Under the pieces are notes generated by a model. The model worked only from the letters and a program-made list of their open reading frames with translations, did no database searches and was not told the origin of the DNA. DNA of 27,648 nt from IMG/VR virus record IMGVR_UViG_3300020349_000025, positions 1 through 27,648 of that record; one strand, written 5' to 3'. How positions within the stretch are numbered: the stretch's first letter is position 1; the number at the start of each line of letters is the position of its first letter. Below, piece by piece: positions 1-8,762 of the stretch. The DNA comes from a virus. Taxonomy: Duplodnaviria; Caudoviricetes. The translations under genes were made by a program, and so were the position numbers.

Positions 1-207
1 GCAATGCCATTTGAAATAGGATTGAGAAAGTTTAAGAAGAATGTTGAAAAGGCAGGAATCTTAAAAGAATTAAGAGCTAGGGAATATTACGAAAAACCTA
101 CTGCGAAAAGAAAGAGAAAAAAGGCTGAAGCTGTTAAAAGACATCAAAAAAGATTACAGCAAGAAAGTACAGCTTTCAACGCAAGAGGTCAAAGACACTA
201 CAAATAA
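1..207 (+). CDS. rpsU: Ribosomal protein bS21 (probably 5'-truncated by window; frame open to base 1)
   Basis: [46 protein letters not shown] closely matches the E. coli S21 pattern [46 protein letters not shown]. Confidence 0.95.
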   Translation, partial: AMPFEIGLRKFKKNVEKAGILKELRAREYYEKPTAKRKRKKAEAVKRHQKRLQQESTAFNARGQRHYK

Positions 208-220
208 TTCATAAAAACTA

Positions 221-249
221 TTGACATTTAAGAATTACTTTGTTATAAT
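221..249 (+). promoter_or_regulatory. Sigma70-type (phage early) promoter
   Basis: TTGACA 221-226, 17-bp spacer, TG extended -10, TATAAT 244-249; predicted +1 near G256. Confidence 0.9.
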
Positions 250-255
250 ATATTT

Positions 256-448
256 GTTCAGTGGGAATACCATGACGGCGAGATGGAATCACGGAGTTAA
301 TAGCTCTACCATTTAGGACCCACGACGGTTACTGAGTTCGGGAGCAACTTTTGAACTACCAACTGTACTTACCAAGTGACGAAAGTTTCGAGGTAGGTCA
401 ACTGAGTAGGAATCTGACGCCAAAGAACCGACCACTGAGCTTCTTTTT
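256..448 (+). ncRNA. Candidate structured ncRNA (~185 nt), family unassigned
   Basis: ORF-free, GC-enriched interval starting at the predicted +1. The 5' end GTTCAGTGG (256-264) pairs with CCACTGAGC (432-440), followed by TTCTTTTT. Internal helices at 325-330/361-366, 335-344/348-357 and 367-373/392-398, the last enclosing a GAAA tetraloop. Confidence 0.65.
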
Positions 449-464
449 ATGACGGGATTATAGT

Positions 465-878
465 ATGGCATTAGCAAGAGGTCTATCAACGATTTCCACT
501 CGGAAACGTAAAATAAAAATAACTAAAACCAAATTAGCTCAATATGAGCTTGATTGGCATAAGCATAATAAATGGGCTAAACAAAATGGGATGCATGACC
601 TTCGTTATAATAGTCTGGATGAATATATAAATTATTGTCTAGGAAAGGTGAAACCTAAATCTGAGTTCAAACCTTATACACCAACAGATTCGTTTCGTAG
701 AGAGGGTCCAACTTACCCTTCTTTTACAGGGTCTTATGGTGGAGGTTCAGGTACTAAGAAGGAATCACCTGTCTATACAGGAACCTTAGTAAAAGGAATA
801 GCTACGATGCACAAGAGCAATGCTGTACCTATTATTAATCAACAACAAGCAACTGAAATATCAAGGATGGCGAAATGA
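465..878 (+). CDS. Hypothetical phage protein
   Basis: 137-aa ORF; the C-terminal YTGTLVKGIATMHKSNAVP motif is recalled from T4-like phage hypothetical proteins; ATGA overlap with next ORF. Confidence 0.8.
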   Translation: MALARGLSTISTRKRKIKITKTKLAQYELDWHKHNKWAKQNGMHDLRYNSLDEYINYCLGKVKPKSEFKPYTPTDSFRREGPTYPSFTGSYGGGSGTKKESPVYTGTLVKGIATMHKSNAVPIINQQQATEISRMAK

Positions 879-1084
879 TATATTGTGACTTTAGCTTTGA
901 AATTAACGAACAGGGATTACTATTTAACGATAAACCTGACCCTGACGAAACTCACATGGTACGAATTAGTAGAACTACATTTGAACCCGGTGATAAATTT
1001 ACTTTAGAACTTGACGGATTCGGTCGTATGTTCTTTAGAAAAGATACAGGTGAAAATCCTGCACAACTTAAACTGGCATTATAA
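875..1084 (+). CDS. Hypothetical protein
   Basis: 69-aa ORF, start/stop overlaps on both sides. Confidence 0.7.
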   Translation: MIYCDFSFEINEQGLLFNDKPDPDETHMVRISRTTFEPGDKFTLELDGFGRMFFRKDTGENPAQLKLAL

Positions 1085-1359
1085 TGGCAACAAAGAACGA
1101 CATAACTGGTGATTCTCTAACAAGCAAAGCATCTACAAAAGCGTATGATGAAGGCTGGGATAGAATCTTCAAAAAAGAAGAATTACCTTCTGCTGTAGAT
1201 GATGCAGCAGATGTAATGGGAAAATATGCTCACCCTGCTTATACAAGATATCCTCATCTTAAAGAAAAGGATTTCAAAGCAGTTCAGCAAGATCATACTG
1301 AACTTAACGGAGACGGCAATAGAGAGCGCGGTCGCTATGGTGAAGATCTCAAAAAATAA
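1084..1359 (+). CDS. Hypothetical phage protein
   Basis: 91-aa ORF, TAATG coupling to upstream ORF. Confidence 0.75.
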   Translation: MATKNDITGDSLTSKASTKAYDEGWDRIFKKEELPSAVDDAADVMGKYAHPAYTRYPHLKEKDFKAVQQDHTELNGDGNRERGRYGEDLKK

Positions 1360-1381
1360 CTGAAAAAAGTGAAATTAACTA

Positions 1382-1410
1382 TTGACATTCATTATGATAT
1401 AGATTATAAT
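1382..1410 (+). promoter_or_regulatory. Sigma70-type promoter
   Basis: TTGACA 1382-1387, N17, TATAAT 1405-1410. Confidence 0.9.
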
Positions 1411-1442
1411 GGTTGTATTAATTAATTGAAAAGGTTTATATT

Positions 1443-1700
1443 ATGAGTACTGAATTGAGAACTGTTCCAACAACAGATATTCAACAAACGCGTTTCTTTG
1501 GTGGAAAAGACCGAGGAACATGTATTCAGTTAACACCACCTTGGCAATCACAAGGTCATATTCAATTGACCCGCGAACAGGCTGGTGCATTGGCAGCAGA
1601 ATTAATGTTGTTCTCAGAAGGCAACGAAGTTACCGAGCATCTTGCTCAAATTCAATCAGAGTTTGACGGTGAAGCTATAGCTGAGGCGCTTTGTTCATGA
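1443..1700 (+). CDS. Hypothetical protein
   Basis: 85-aa ORF directly after promoter, AAGG upstream; ATGA overlap with ligase. Confidence 0.75.
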   Translation: MSTELRTVPTTDIQQTRFFGGKDRGTCIQLTPPWQSQGHIQLTREQAGALAAELMLFSEGNEVTEHLAQIQSEFDGEAIAEALCS

Positions 1701-2974
1701 AAACAGATCCTTGGAAATTAATTCAATTACTTGAGAGAGATAACAGTCGACTTTATAAAGAAGATATGTTGTCTCAATATATTGATGATGAAGGTCTAGT
1801 CAAAGGTTTATTATATTGTCTTGATAATATGATTACCTTTGGTGTGGCTGATATTCCAACAAGTCAAAACGACGGTCCTGGTCTTTCTGCTGAGGATTTC
1901 TATATCCTCGCGGACCAGCTTCGTAATCGTGAATTAACAGGTCATGCTGCTCGAGACGCAATCATCGTCGCAAGAGAAGCAGCAACATCAGAACAATGGA
2001 ATGATTGGTACCGTAGAATCTTAATTAAAGACCTGCGCTGCGGAGTATCTCTTAAGACAGTTAACAATGTTCAGAAGGGAACCATTCCTGTATTCACTTG
2101 TATGCTTGCTCATAGCGGTGATAACAATCCTAAGAAGATAACAGGAGATTGTGTTGTTGAATATAAGTATGATGGAGTAAGAGCCATTATTATTGTAGAA
2201 AATTCTAACGCAACGATTTATTCTCGAAACGGTAAACAACTCAAAAACTTCCCACATATCGAAGAAGCATTTAGTCATAAGATGTTTGATGATCTTGTCT
2301 TTGATGGTGAAGTTATGTCTGCTGATTTTCAAACACTAATGAAACAAGTACATCGTAAAGAAGGTTCTGAAACAACTGATGCTTATTTTGCATTGTTTGA
2401 TTTCTTACCTCTTGATGAATTTAAGACAGGCAGTAGTACATTGCCTCTAATTAAAAGAAAGGAATTATTAAAAGGCTTTGAAAGTTCTGAGTACTTCAGT
2501 GATTGTATTATTGTTACGAAATACGATGTTATTAATATTGAAGAAGACGCAGACAAATTCAAAGCAATTAATAATACAGCAATAGAAGAAGGTTATGAAG
2601 GTATCATGGTTAAACCTGTAAATGGTTACTATGAATGTAAACGATCTTATGGTTGGTTAAAAATGAAACCTTATATTGAGGTAACATTAACTGTAATAGA
2701 CATTGAAGAAGGAACTGGCAAAAACGAACGAAGCACAGGAGCACTTGTATGCGAAGGCCTCGACGAAGGTAAACATATCAAAGTTAATGTTGGGACAGGT
2801 CTTAGTGATGATCTCAGGGATGATATTTGGAATAGCACTAACACTGTACTTGGTCAACTAGTTGAGATAAGAGCTGATGCAGTTACTATCAGTCAAGATT
2901 CAGATGATATATACAGTTTAAGATTCCCACGATTTAAAAGTTTTAGAGGCTTTGAGCCAGGAGAGAAACTATGA
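1697..2974 (+). CDS. lig: ATP-dependent DNA ligase
   Basis: Motif I EYKYDGVR, FDGEV, FDFL, EGIMVK, WLKMKP and C-terminal OB-fold SLRFPRF; start placed at ATG 1697 (ATGA overlap). Confidence 0.95.
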   Translation: MKTDPWKLIQLLERDNSRLYKEDMLSQYIDDEGLVKGLLYCLDNMITFGVADIPTSQNDGPGLSAEDFYILADQLRNRELTGHAARDAIIVAREAATSEQWNDWYRRILIKDLRCGVSLKTVNNVQKGTIPVFTCMLAHSGDNNPKKITGDCVVEYKYDGVRAIIIVENSNATIYSRNGKQLKNFPHIEEAFSHKMFDDLVFDGEVMSADFQTLMKQVHRKEGSETTDAYFALFDFLPLDEFKTGSSTLPLIKRKELLKGFESSEYFSDCIIVTKYDVINIEEDADKFKAINNTAIEEGYEGIMVKPVNGYYECKRSYGWLKMKPYIEVTLTVIDIEEGTGKNERSTGALVCEGLDEGKHIKVNVGTGLSDDLRDDIWNSTNTVLGQLVEIRADAVTISQDSDDIYSLRFPRFKSFRGFEPGEKL

Positions 2975-3237
2975 CGCAATATGATGAAACAGTATATAAG
3001 CAACGAATAATGTTGGAGGCTGAAGAATGGTCAATGCAAGTTAAGTCTTTGCATGCTCATTCTTTTAATTCAATGTGGTATGATGACCATCCTGAAGATA
3101 CTGAAGGTGGTAAAGCGGTCACTGATATAGAATACAATTGTGGTTTAATTAAAAGATCACAAGGTGGCAAACCTCTTCGTACTTTTGGAGTAAAACTCAA
3201 AGGTAACGCTTTATACGACGCATATACAAGACAATGA
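2971..3237 (+). CDS. Hypothetical protein
   Basis: 88-aa ORF, GGAG SD, ATGA overlaps at both ends. Confidence 0.75.
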   Translation: MTQYDETVYKQRIMLEAEEWSMQVKSLHAHSFNSMWYDDHPEDTEGGKAVTDIEYNCGLIKRSQGGKPLRTFGVKLKGNALYDAYTRQ

Positions 3238-3758
3238 AACAATTCATTACTCTGTTAGCAGTATCATTAGCTTTGCCATCTTCGGCAAGTACCTTTAACG
3301 ATCATGTAGGACCGATGATTGAATATGAATCATTTGAAATGCAATGTTTGGCAATGAATGTCTATCATGAAGCAAGGTCAGAGAACCTAGCAGGTAAATA
3401 TGCAGTTGCTGATGTTGTTTTAAATCGTGTACGTGACGATAGATACCCAAATTCTATTTGTGGTGTTGTATATCAAGGAGAACATAAACCTTCTTGGAAA
3501 GATCCACAAGTACTAGTACCAAAGCGTAATCGTTGCCAATTCAGTTGGTATTGCGATGGAAGATCAGACGAAGCAACAGAAGAAGATGCTTGGGAAGAGT
3601 CATTTGGTATAGCCTTTAAGATATTAGAGAATAATAGATTCCGTGGAATTACCGAAGGTGCAACTCATTATCATACAACTTTTGTGGATCCTTATTGGGC
3701 TCCAACCTTACAGCAAGTAGGAACTATAGGATCTCATATCTTCTACCGTGCAGACTGA
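3234..3758 (+). CDS. SleB-like cell wall hydrolase (Hydrolase_2) with signal peptide
   Basis: CLAMNVYHEARSE, VADVVLNRV, YPNSICGVVYQ, CQFSW, GATHYH, IGSHIFY; hydrophobic N-terminus. Confidence 0.92.
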   Translation: MKQFITLLAVSLALPSSASTFNDHVGPMIEYESFEMQCLAMNVYHEARSENLAGKYAVADVVLNRVRDDRYPNSICGVVYQGEHKPSWKDPQVLVPKRNRCQFSWYCDGRSDEATEEDAWEESFGIAFKILENNRFRGITEGATHYHTTFVDPYWAPTLQQVGTIGSHIFYRAD

Positions 3759-3796
3759 ATAAATAATACCATAATATATTAGTTATGGAGTTAGTT

Positions 3797-4366
3797 ATGA
3801 AAGTCGCAGGTGTGGATTACAGTTTAAGTAGTCCAGCTATTTGTGTACATGAAGGTGAAGAGTGGAGTTATGATAATTGTACCTTTTACTATTATGTAAA
3901 ACAAAAGAAGTTATTAATTGGAGAGAAAGGACAATATCAAGCAACGATGTATCCTGACAATTGGTTTAACGATCAAGAACGATATGATATCATTGGATCG
4001 TGGTCACAAAGCAAATGTTTTGAATGTGACTTTGTCGGAATTGAAGGATATGCGTTTGGCGCAGTAGGTAGAGTATTTCAAATAGCAGAGAACTGCGGTT
4101 TATTTAAACACAAGCTATGGGAAAGAAATATACCTTATGATGTTTATCCGCCAACAATGATTAAAAAGTTTGGTTGTGGAAAAGGCAACGCAAATAAAGA
4201 ATTAATGATTGAAGCGTTTGAAAAAGAAAATTCTATTGACATTCGCGAAAAATGTGGTATAATAACAAAATCGTGGAATCCTATTACCGATATCGTAGAT
4301 GCCTACTATATTTGTAAATACGGTTTCACTCAACTTACAGAGAATAAAGATGATAGTAATATTTAA
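3797..4366 (+). CDS. RuvC-like (RNase H fold) nuclease / resolvase
   Basis: VAGVDYSLSSPAI, IEGYAFG, KKFGCGKGNANKELM, DIVDAYYI; GGAG at 3787-3790. Confidence 0.8.
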   Translation: MKVAGVDYSLSSPAICVHEGEEWSYDNCTFYYYVKQKKLLIGEKGQYQATMYPDNWFNDQERYDIIGSWSQSKCFECDFVGIEGYAFGAVGRVFQIAENCGLFKHKLWERNIPYDVYPPTMIKKFGCGKGNANKELMIEAFEKENSIDIREKCGIITKSWNPITDIVDAYYICKYGFTQLTENKDDSNI

Positions 4367-4976
4367 CGGACCGCCAGCTTCAGGCAAAGATGAAGCCGCT
4401 AGTTTATATAAAGAAAAGTACGGATTTGGTAATCTGTCCTTTAAGTATCAATTATTTAAAGAAACAATTAAACACTTTGATGTTGATGAAAGATGGTTCA
4501 TGGAAGGATATAAGGATAGAACACAAAAGGAAAAAGCTGAGTTTGCCTTACAAGGTATGTCAAGACGTGAAGCAATGATTCATGTATCGGAAGATATTAT
4601 TAAACCAAAGAAAGGATTAGATTATTTTGGTAAGTCAGTTGCCGAAGAAATCATCGGCAGTAATAACTATGCTTTGGCAGATGGTGGATTTGTTGAAGAA
4701 CTTGAACCTATTATTAAAAAGGTTGGTGCAGAGAATATTGTCATCGTTCAATTAACAAGAGAAGGTTGTGATTATTCATCTGATTCACGTAAATACTTTA
4801 ACGGAAATTTAATTAAGGAATGGACAATAGGACAAACCACAACTGTAGATAAAGCATATGTTCTTAAAGAAGAAATGGATGTAGTAACATATCGCATACA
4901 TAATAACGGTTCATTGCATAACTTACATGGTGCATTGGATAACATATATAATGAAATTAATGGAGATAGACAATGA
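4350..4976 (+). CDS. P-loop kinase, dNMP kinase-like
   Basis: N-terminal IFNGPPASGKD Walker A, later DGGFVEE; start at ATG 4350. Confidence 0.75.
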   Translation: MIVIFNGPPASGKDEAASLYKEKYGFGNLSFKYQLFKETIKHFDVDERWFMEGYKDRTQKEKAEFALQGMSRREAMIHVSEDIIKPKKGLDYFGKSVAEEIIGSNNYALADGGFVEELEPIIKKVGAENIVIVQLTREGCDYSSDSRKYFNGNLIKEWTIGQTTTVDKAYVLKEEMDVVTYRIHNNGSLHNLHGALDNIYNEINGDRQ

Positions 4977-5935
4977 GTTGCATTTATAAAGGAGTTATAA
5001 TTGATTCCGAGCTTTCTGCCAACAGTAAAGGCGGAACTGAAATGATGAGACAACGTTTAATAGATAACGTTGGTGAAGAAGTACTTGAGAAAGTAGCAGT
5101 ACATTTATCAAGACCGAGAGAATTATACAATGACGTACCAAATATCCTTTGGTGTCATGACTTAGCAGAAGATCCTGAAAACGAAGTATTAAAAGATGGT
5201 GGTTGGCAAAAGTTTAATCATATTGTATTTGTGACAGCATGGCAAAGAGATCAATACATTATGAGATACGGTATTCCTTATGGCATCTGTTCAGTAATTC
5301 ATAATGCAGTTGAAGTTAAATACGATCCGCAAGAAAAAGATATGGAAACAATTCGTTTCGTATATCATACGACTCCACATCGTGGATTAGAATTACTTGT
5401 ACCTATTTTTGTTTCTTTAGCAAAAGAGTTTGATAATATTCATCTTGATGTTTATTCAGGATTTGAAATTTATGGTTGGGAAAACCGTAATGAAGCTTAT
5501 AAGCCACTCTTTGCACAAATCGAAGAACATCCAAACATGACTTATCATGGAGTTAAACCAAACGAAGAAGTTCTTGAAGCGTTAAAGAAATCTCATATTT
5601 TCCTATATCCTAATATATGGAAAGAGACATCTTGTATTGCGTTACTTGAAGCAATCAAATCTCAGATGATTTGTATTCATCCTAATTATGGCGCTTTACC
5701 AGAGACAGCAGCAAATGCAACAATTATGTATGATTGGAATGAAGACATGAATCATCATGCAAATTATGCTTTTTCAGTTACGAAACAGATTTTGACTCAG
5801 ATGAAGAACGATCCTAACTATTTCCATGGATTTACTTTCTCTGATAGATTTAACTTGGCAAGAAATTCAATTGCCTCTTTTGCCACAATGTGGAACACTC
5901 TACTAAGGAACATCGGAGATGCCTACCAAGAATAA
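4973..5935 (+). CDS. GT-B fold (GT4-like) glycosyltransferase
   Basis: GGTE, LWCHD, YHTTPHRGLELL, IFLYPNIWKETSCIALLEA (E-X7-E motif), GALPET. Confidence 0.85.
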   Translation: MSCIYKGVIIDSELSANSKGGTEMMRQRLIDNVGEEVLEKVAVHLSRPRELYNDVPNILWCHDLAEDPENEVLKDGGWQKFNHIVFVTAWQRDQYIMRYGIPYGICSVIHNAVEVKYDPQEKDMETIRFVYHTTPHRGLELLVPIFVSLAKEFDNIHLDVYSGFEIYGWENRNEAYKPLFAQIEEHPNMTYHGVKPNEEVLEALKKSHIFLYPNIWKETSCIALLEAIKSQMICIHPNYGALPETAANATIMYDWNEDMNHHANYAFSVTKQILTQMKNDPNYFHGFTFSDRFNLARNSIASFATMWNTLLRNIGDAYQE

Positions 5936-6305
5936 AGATAACCTGATTCATTTTCCAAAAATACATTCAAATCCACCCATTGATGAAAGTAGTGTTTCAG
6001 AAAGAATTCGAGAATATAAAGATTCGTATTCTTCAGAACTTGCGGAAATTATATGGGAAAACGTATTAGGAGAAATGGCAAGAGCAGGTTGCGAGTTTGA
6101 TGAAAACATGGATAGGTACTTTCCTTCTATGATTCTTATCTTTGAAGCAATTCGATCTTTACATCTACAAACAATGGGAGAAGAACATCAACTTCAACCA
6201 TTTGCTATCCAGAATGTAATTATATCAGAAACTAACGAAACACGTATGGCCGGCGGCCTTAAAAAGAATTTAGATGAAACCATTGACATTGACGAAGATC
6301 TTTGA
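5919..6305 (+). CDS. Hypothetical protein
   Basis: 128-aa ORF overlapping the upstream gene, AAGGA/GGAG upstream. Confidence 0.75.
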   Translation: MPTKNKDNLIHFPKIHSNPPIDESSVSERIREYKDSYSSELAEIIWENVLGEMARAGCEFDENMDRYFPSMILIFEAIRSLHLQTMGEEHQLQPFAIQNVIISETNETRMAGGLKKNLDETIDIDEDL

Positions 6306-6311
6306 TATAAT
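6283..6311 (+). promoter_or_regulatory. Sigma70-type promoter for rnh
   Basis: TTGACA 6283-6288, N17, TATAAT 6306-6311. Confidence 0.85.
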
Positions 6312-6341
6312 AGTACTTGTAAATTAAATAATGGATAAATT

Positions 6342-7199
6342 ATGATACTAGTAGATTATAACCAGGTTATGCTTGCGTCACTGTTCGCAGGTATAGGTAA
6401 CCACACAAACATGGAAGTAGATGAAAATCTCCTTCGTCACATGTTTCTAAATTCAATCAGATTTAATCGCAAAAAGTTTTCGAAAGAATACGGAGAGATT
6501 GTGATCTGCGCTGATAACACCAATGTATGGAGAAAGGATTACTATCCATACTATAAAGCAAATCGTAAAAAGAACAGAGATGAATCTGAACTCGATTGGA
6601 ATGCTCTGTTTGATGTCATTCATCAAATACGTAGAGAGATTGAAGAGTTCTTTCCATATAAGGTTGTATATGTTGATCGTTGTGAAGCTGATGACATTAT
6701 CGCAACTTTATGTATGGAACATGGTACTGAACTGAATAATGGATCTGAAAAGATTCTTATTCTATCAGGAGATAAGGATTTCATTCAATTACAGAAATAT
6801 GCAAACGTAGATCAGTATAATCCTGTACTAAAGAAATGGGTAAGACATGCTAATCCTGTTCAGTATATTACAGAACACATTCTTCGTGGTGATACAGGAG
6901 ATGGAGTTCCAAACATTCTTTCAGCAGATAACTGTTTAGCTGTTGGTGATAGACAAAGACCAATGACTAAGAAAAGAATTGAACTCTTTAGTAAATCACC
7001 AGAAGAAATGGATGAAGAAACAAAACTAAGGTTTAATCGTAATAAACAAATGATTGACCTTACAATGATTCCTCAGGAATACAAAGACAATATTCTCGAG
7101 GCTTATAATAACCAAGAAGAAGTGGGCAGAGGTCAGCTGTTCAATTACTTCGTAAAGAAAAAGCTAAAGAACCTCATTGGTGATTTACAGGATTTTTAA
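6342..7199 (+). CDS. rnh: T4-type RNase H / 5'-3' exonuclease
   Basis: ILVDYNQ, WRKDYYPYYKANRK, EADDII, ILSGDKDFIQL, GDTGDGVPN. Confidence 0.95.
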   Translation: MILVDYNQVMLASLFAGIGNHTNMEVDENLLRHMFLNSIRFNRKKFSKEYGEIVICADNTNVWRKDYYPYYKANRKKNRDESELDWNALFDVIHQIRREIEEFFPYKVVYVDRCEADDIIATLCMEHGTELNNGSEKILILSGDKDFIQLQKYANVDQYNPVLKKWVRHANPVQYITEHILRGDTGDGVPNILSADNCLAVGDRQRPMTKKRIELFSKSPEEMDEETKLRFNRNKQMIDLTMIPQEYKDNILEAYNNQEEVGRGQLFNYFVKKKLKNLIGDLQDF

Positions 7200-7201
7200 T
7201 T

Positions 7202-7639
7202 ATGATTAGAGACTCAATAAGTAAGATAATTACAGAAACTTCAAAACTTAAAGGCACTAAAGCTAAAGTAGAGAACTTACAGAAACATGACGCAGTACCA
7301 TTAAGACAAGTGCTGCGTTTAATATATGATGAGAATGTTGAATTCTTATTACCAGATACTCCACCTCCATTCAAAGAAAACGACCTCGTTGACCTTGATA
7401 CTATGTTATATAGAGAAGCAAGACGTTTGAGAATTTTCTTCTTAGGTGGTGGGTATGATAACCTTAACAAAAATAGAAGAGAAGCACTGTTTATTCAGTT
7501 GCTTGAAGATTTGAATCCAGCAGATTCAAAGATACTTGCAGAGAATATGCTTAGTCATACTCCGATTAAAGGAATAACTAAGAAAACTCTTGAGGCAGCG
7601 TTTCCAACTCTATTTACGGATCCACTCAACTTCAAATAA
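7202..7639 (+). CDS. Conserved hypothetical protein of T4-like phages
   Basis: 145-aa ORF 2 bp after rnh; LLPDTPPPF and RREALFIQLLEDL motifs recalled from rnh-adjacent genes of aquatic T4-like phages. Confidence 0.8.
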   Translation: MIRDSISKIITETSKLKGTKAKVENLQKHDAVPLRQVLRLIYDENVEFLLPDTPPPFKENDLVDLDTMLYREARRLRIFFLGGGYDNLNKNRREALFIQLLEDLNPADSKILAENMLSHTPIKGITKKTLEAAFPTLFTDPLNFK

Positions 7640-7650
7640 GGCAGGACACC

Positions 7651-7797
7651 ATGGGTAAGCGGACTAAACAACCCGCCTCTTCCGACGATTGGACGAACAT
7701 CAAGATCGAAGATCGTAAACGTGAAAAACAAAAGAAAACGCATCGAGCCGAGGTTCGAAAGCATAAATTATCAGAAAAGAAAAACTTTTTATCATAA
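7651..7797 (+). CDS. Small basic hypothetical protein (48 aa; not in ORF track)
   Basis: MGKRTKQPASSDDWTNIKIEDRKREKQKKTHRAEVRKHKLSEKKNFLS*, AGGA upstream, fills the gap between gene and promoter. Confidence 0.6.
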   Translation: MGKRTKQPASSDDWTNIKIEDRKREKQKKTHRAEVRKHKLSEKKNFLS

Positions 7798-7802
7798 AAC
7801 TA

Positions 7803-7831
7803 TTGACATTTAGTTGTTTCTTTGTTATAAT
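7803..7831 (+). promoter_or_regulatory. Sigma70-type promoter
   Basis: TTGACA 7803-7808, N17, TG-extended TATAAT 7826-7831. Confidence 0.9.
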
Positions 7832-7862
7832 ATATCTGTAAAATTAAATTAATGGAGAAAAT

Positions 7863-8444
7863 ATGGATCACAGAGCAGAAAAATTGATCCTTGTAGATTG
7901 TGACGGTGTACTACTTGATTGGAAGTATGCATTCTATAAGTATATGAATGAAAACGGATATACCGTTATTGAAGAAGGTGTATACGACGTAGCACAAACG
8001 TTCGGAGTCACAAAGGAAGATTCAAAGAGACTGGTAAGACAGTTTAACGAGTCTGCAAGAATAGGATTTTTACCAGGCTTAAGGGATGCCATTAAATATG
8101 TCAAGAAACTCCATAGTGAAGGTTATGTTTTTCATTGTATTACTAGTCTCAGTACTGATTACTATGCCGGCAAACTAAGAGAACAAAATCTCGAAAGATT
8201 GTTTGGTAAAGATGTATTTGAGAGAGTGGTATGTTTGGACTGCGGAGCCGATAAGGACGACGGTCTATTACCTTATAAAGAAAGCGGATGTATTTGGGTT
8301 GAAGATAAACCTTCTAATGCTGAATTGGGTCTTGAACTAGGACTCAGATCTATTCTGATTGAACATGACTTTAATAAAGATTACGAAAATAATAATTTAG
8401 TAATTGTTAAGAATTGGAAAGAAATCTACGAGTCTATCGTATAA
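7863..8444 (+). CDS. HAD-superfamily phosphatase (5'-nucleotidase / T4 30.2-like)
   Basis: Motif I LVDCDGVLLDW, ITS, K, WVEDKPSNA. Confidence 0.85.
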   Translation: MDHRAEKLILVDCDGVLLDWKYAFYKYMNENGYTVIEEGVYDVAQTFGVTKEDSKRLVRQFNESARIGFLPGLRDAIKYVKKLHSEGYVFHCITSLSTDYYAGKLREQNLERLFGKDVFERVVCLDCGADKDDGLLPYKESGCIWVEDKPSNAELGLELGLRSILIEHDFNKDYENNNLVIVKNWKEIYESIV

Positions 8445-8447
8445 ATA
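8440..8447 (+). promoter_or_regulatory. T4-type late promoter (gp55-type)
   Basis: Exact TATAAATA at a gene junction upstream of the 8476 ORF and phoH. Confidence 0.55.
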
Positions 8448-8475
8448 CTATTATGGATTATAAGATTGGAATCTA

Positions 8476-8721
8476 ATGCCTACATATACTTTTGAAGACA
8501 CAAACACTGGTGAACAATTCGAGAAGTTCATGTCTATGAGCTCAGTCGACCAGTTCAAGAAAGACAACCCCCATTTGAAATCAATCATCACTAGTGGCCA
8601 ACCTGTGATTGAGGCCGCGCGCTTGGGAAGGATGAAACCTGACCAAGGTTTTCGTGATATACTTACATCAATGAAACAAAACAAATCATACACTGGAAAC
8701 AAAATTAACGATTGGAAGTAA
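8476..8721 (+). CDS. FmdB-like small phage protein (no Cys ligands)
   Basis: MPTYTF-x-DTNTGEQFEKFMS N-terminus and KPDQGFRDIL. Confidence 0.75.
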   Translation: MPTYTFEDTNTGEQFEKFMSMSSVDQFKKDNPHLKSIITSGQPVIEAARLGRMKPDQGFRDILTSMKQNKSYTGNKINDWK

Positions 8722-8762
8722 TCTTCAGATCGCTTCCTTTTAGTTAATGCAAAGGAGGTTTT

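Noticed and set aside
256-440. Assignment as tRNA, tmRNA, 6S, SRP or RNase P RNA
   Set aside because: No cloverleaf or T-loop, no SRP GGAA domain, no RNase P GAGGAAAGUCC; only the length resembles 6S, so it is left unassigned
263-457. Cobalamin riboswitch-like words (GGGAA, AACTGTA, CCACTG, GGGA) in the ncRNA candidate
   Set aside because: Spacing between GGGAA and ACTGTA is far too long, the 5' helices and B12 box are absent, and CCACTG is used in the closing stem
3797-4366. TnpB/Cas12-like or transposase RuvC
   Set aside because: Small stand-alone RuvC fold with no zinc finger, IS ends or adjacent guide locus
8445-8762. Pho box upstream of phoH
   Set aside because: No CTGTCAT-type 11-bp direct repeat seen by eye
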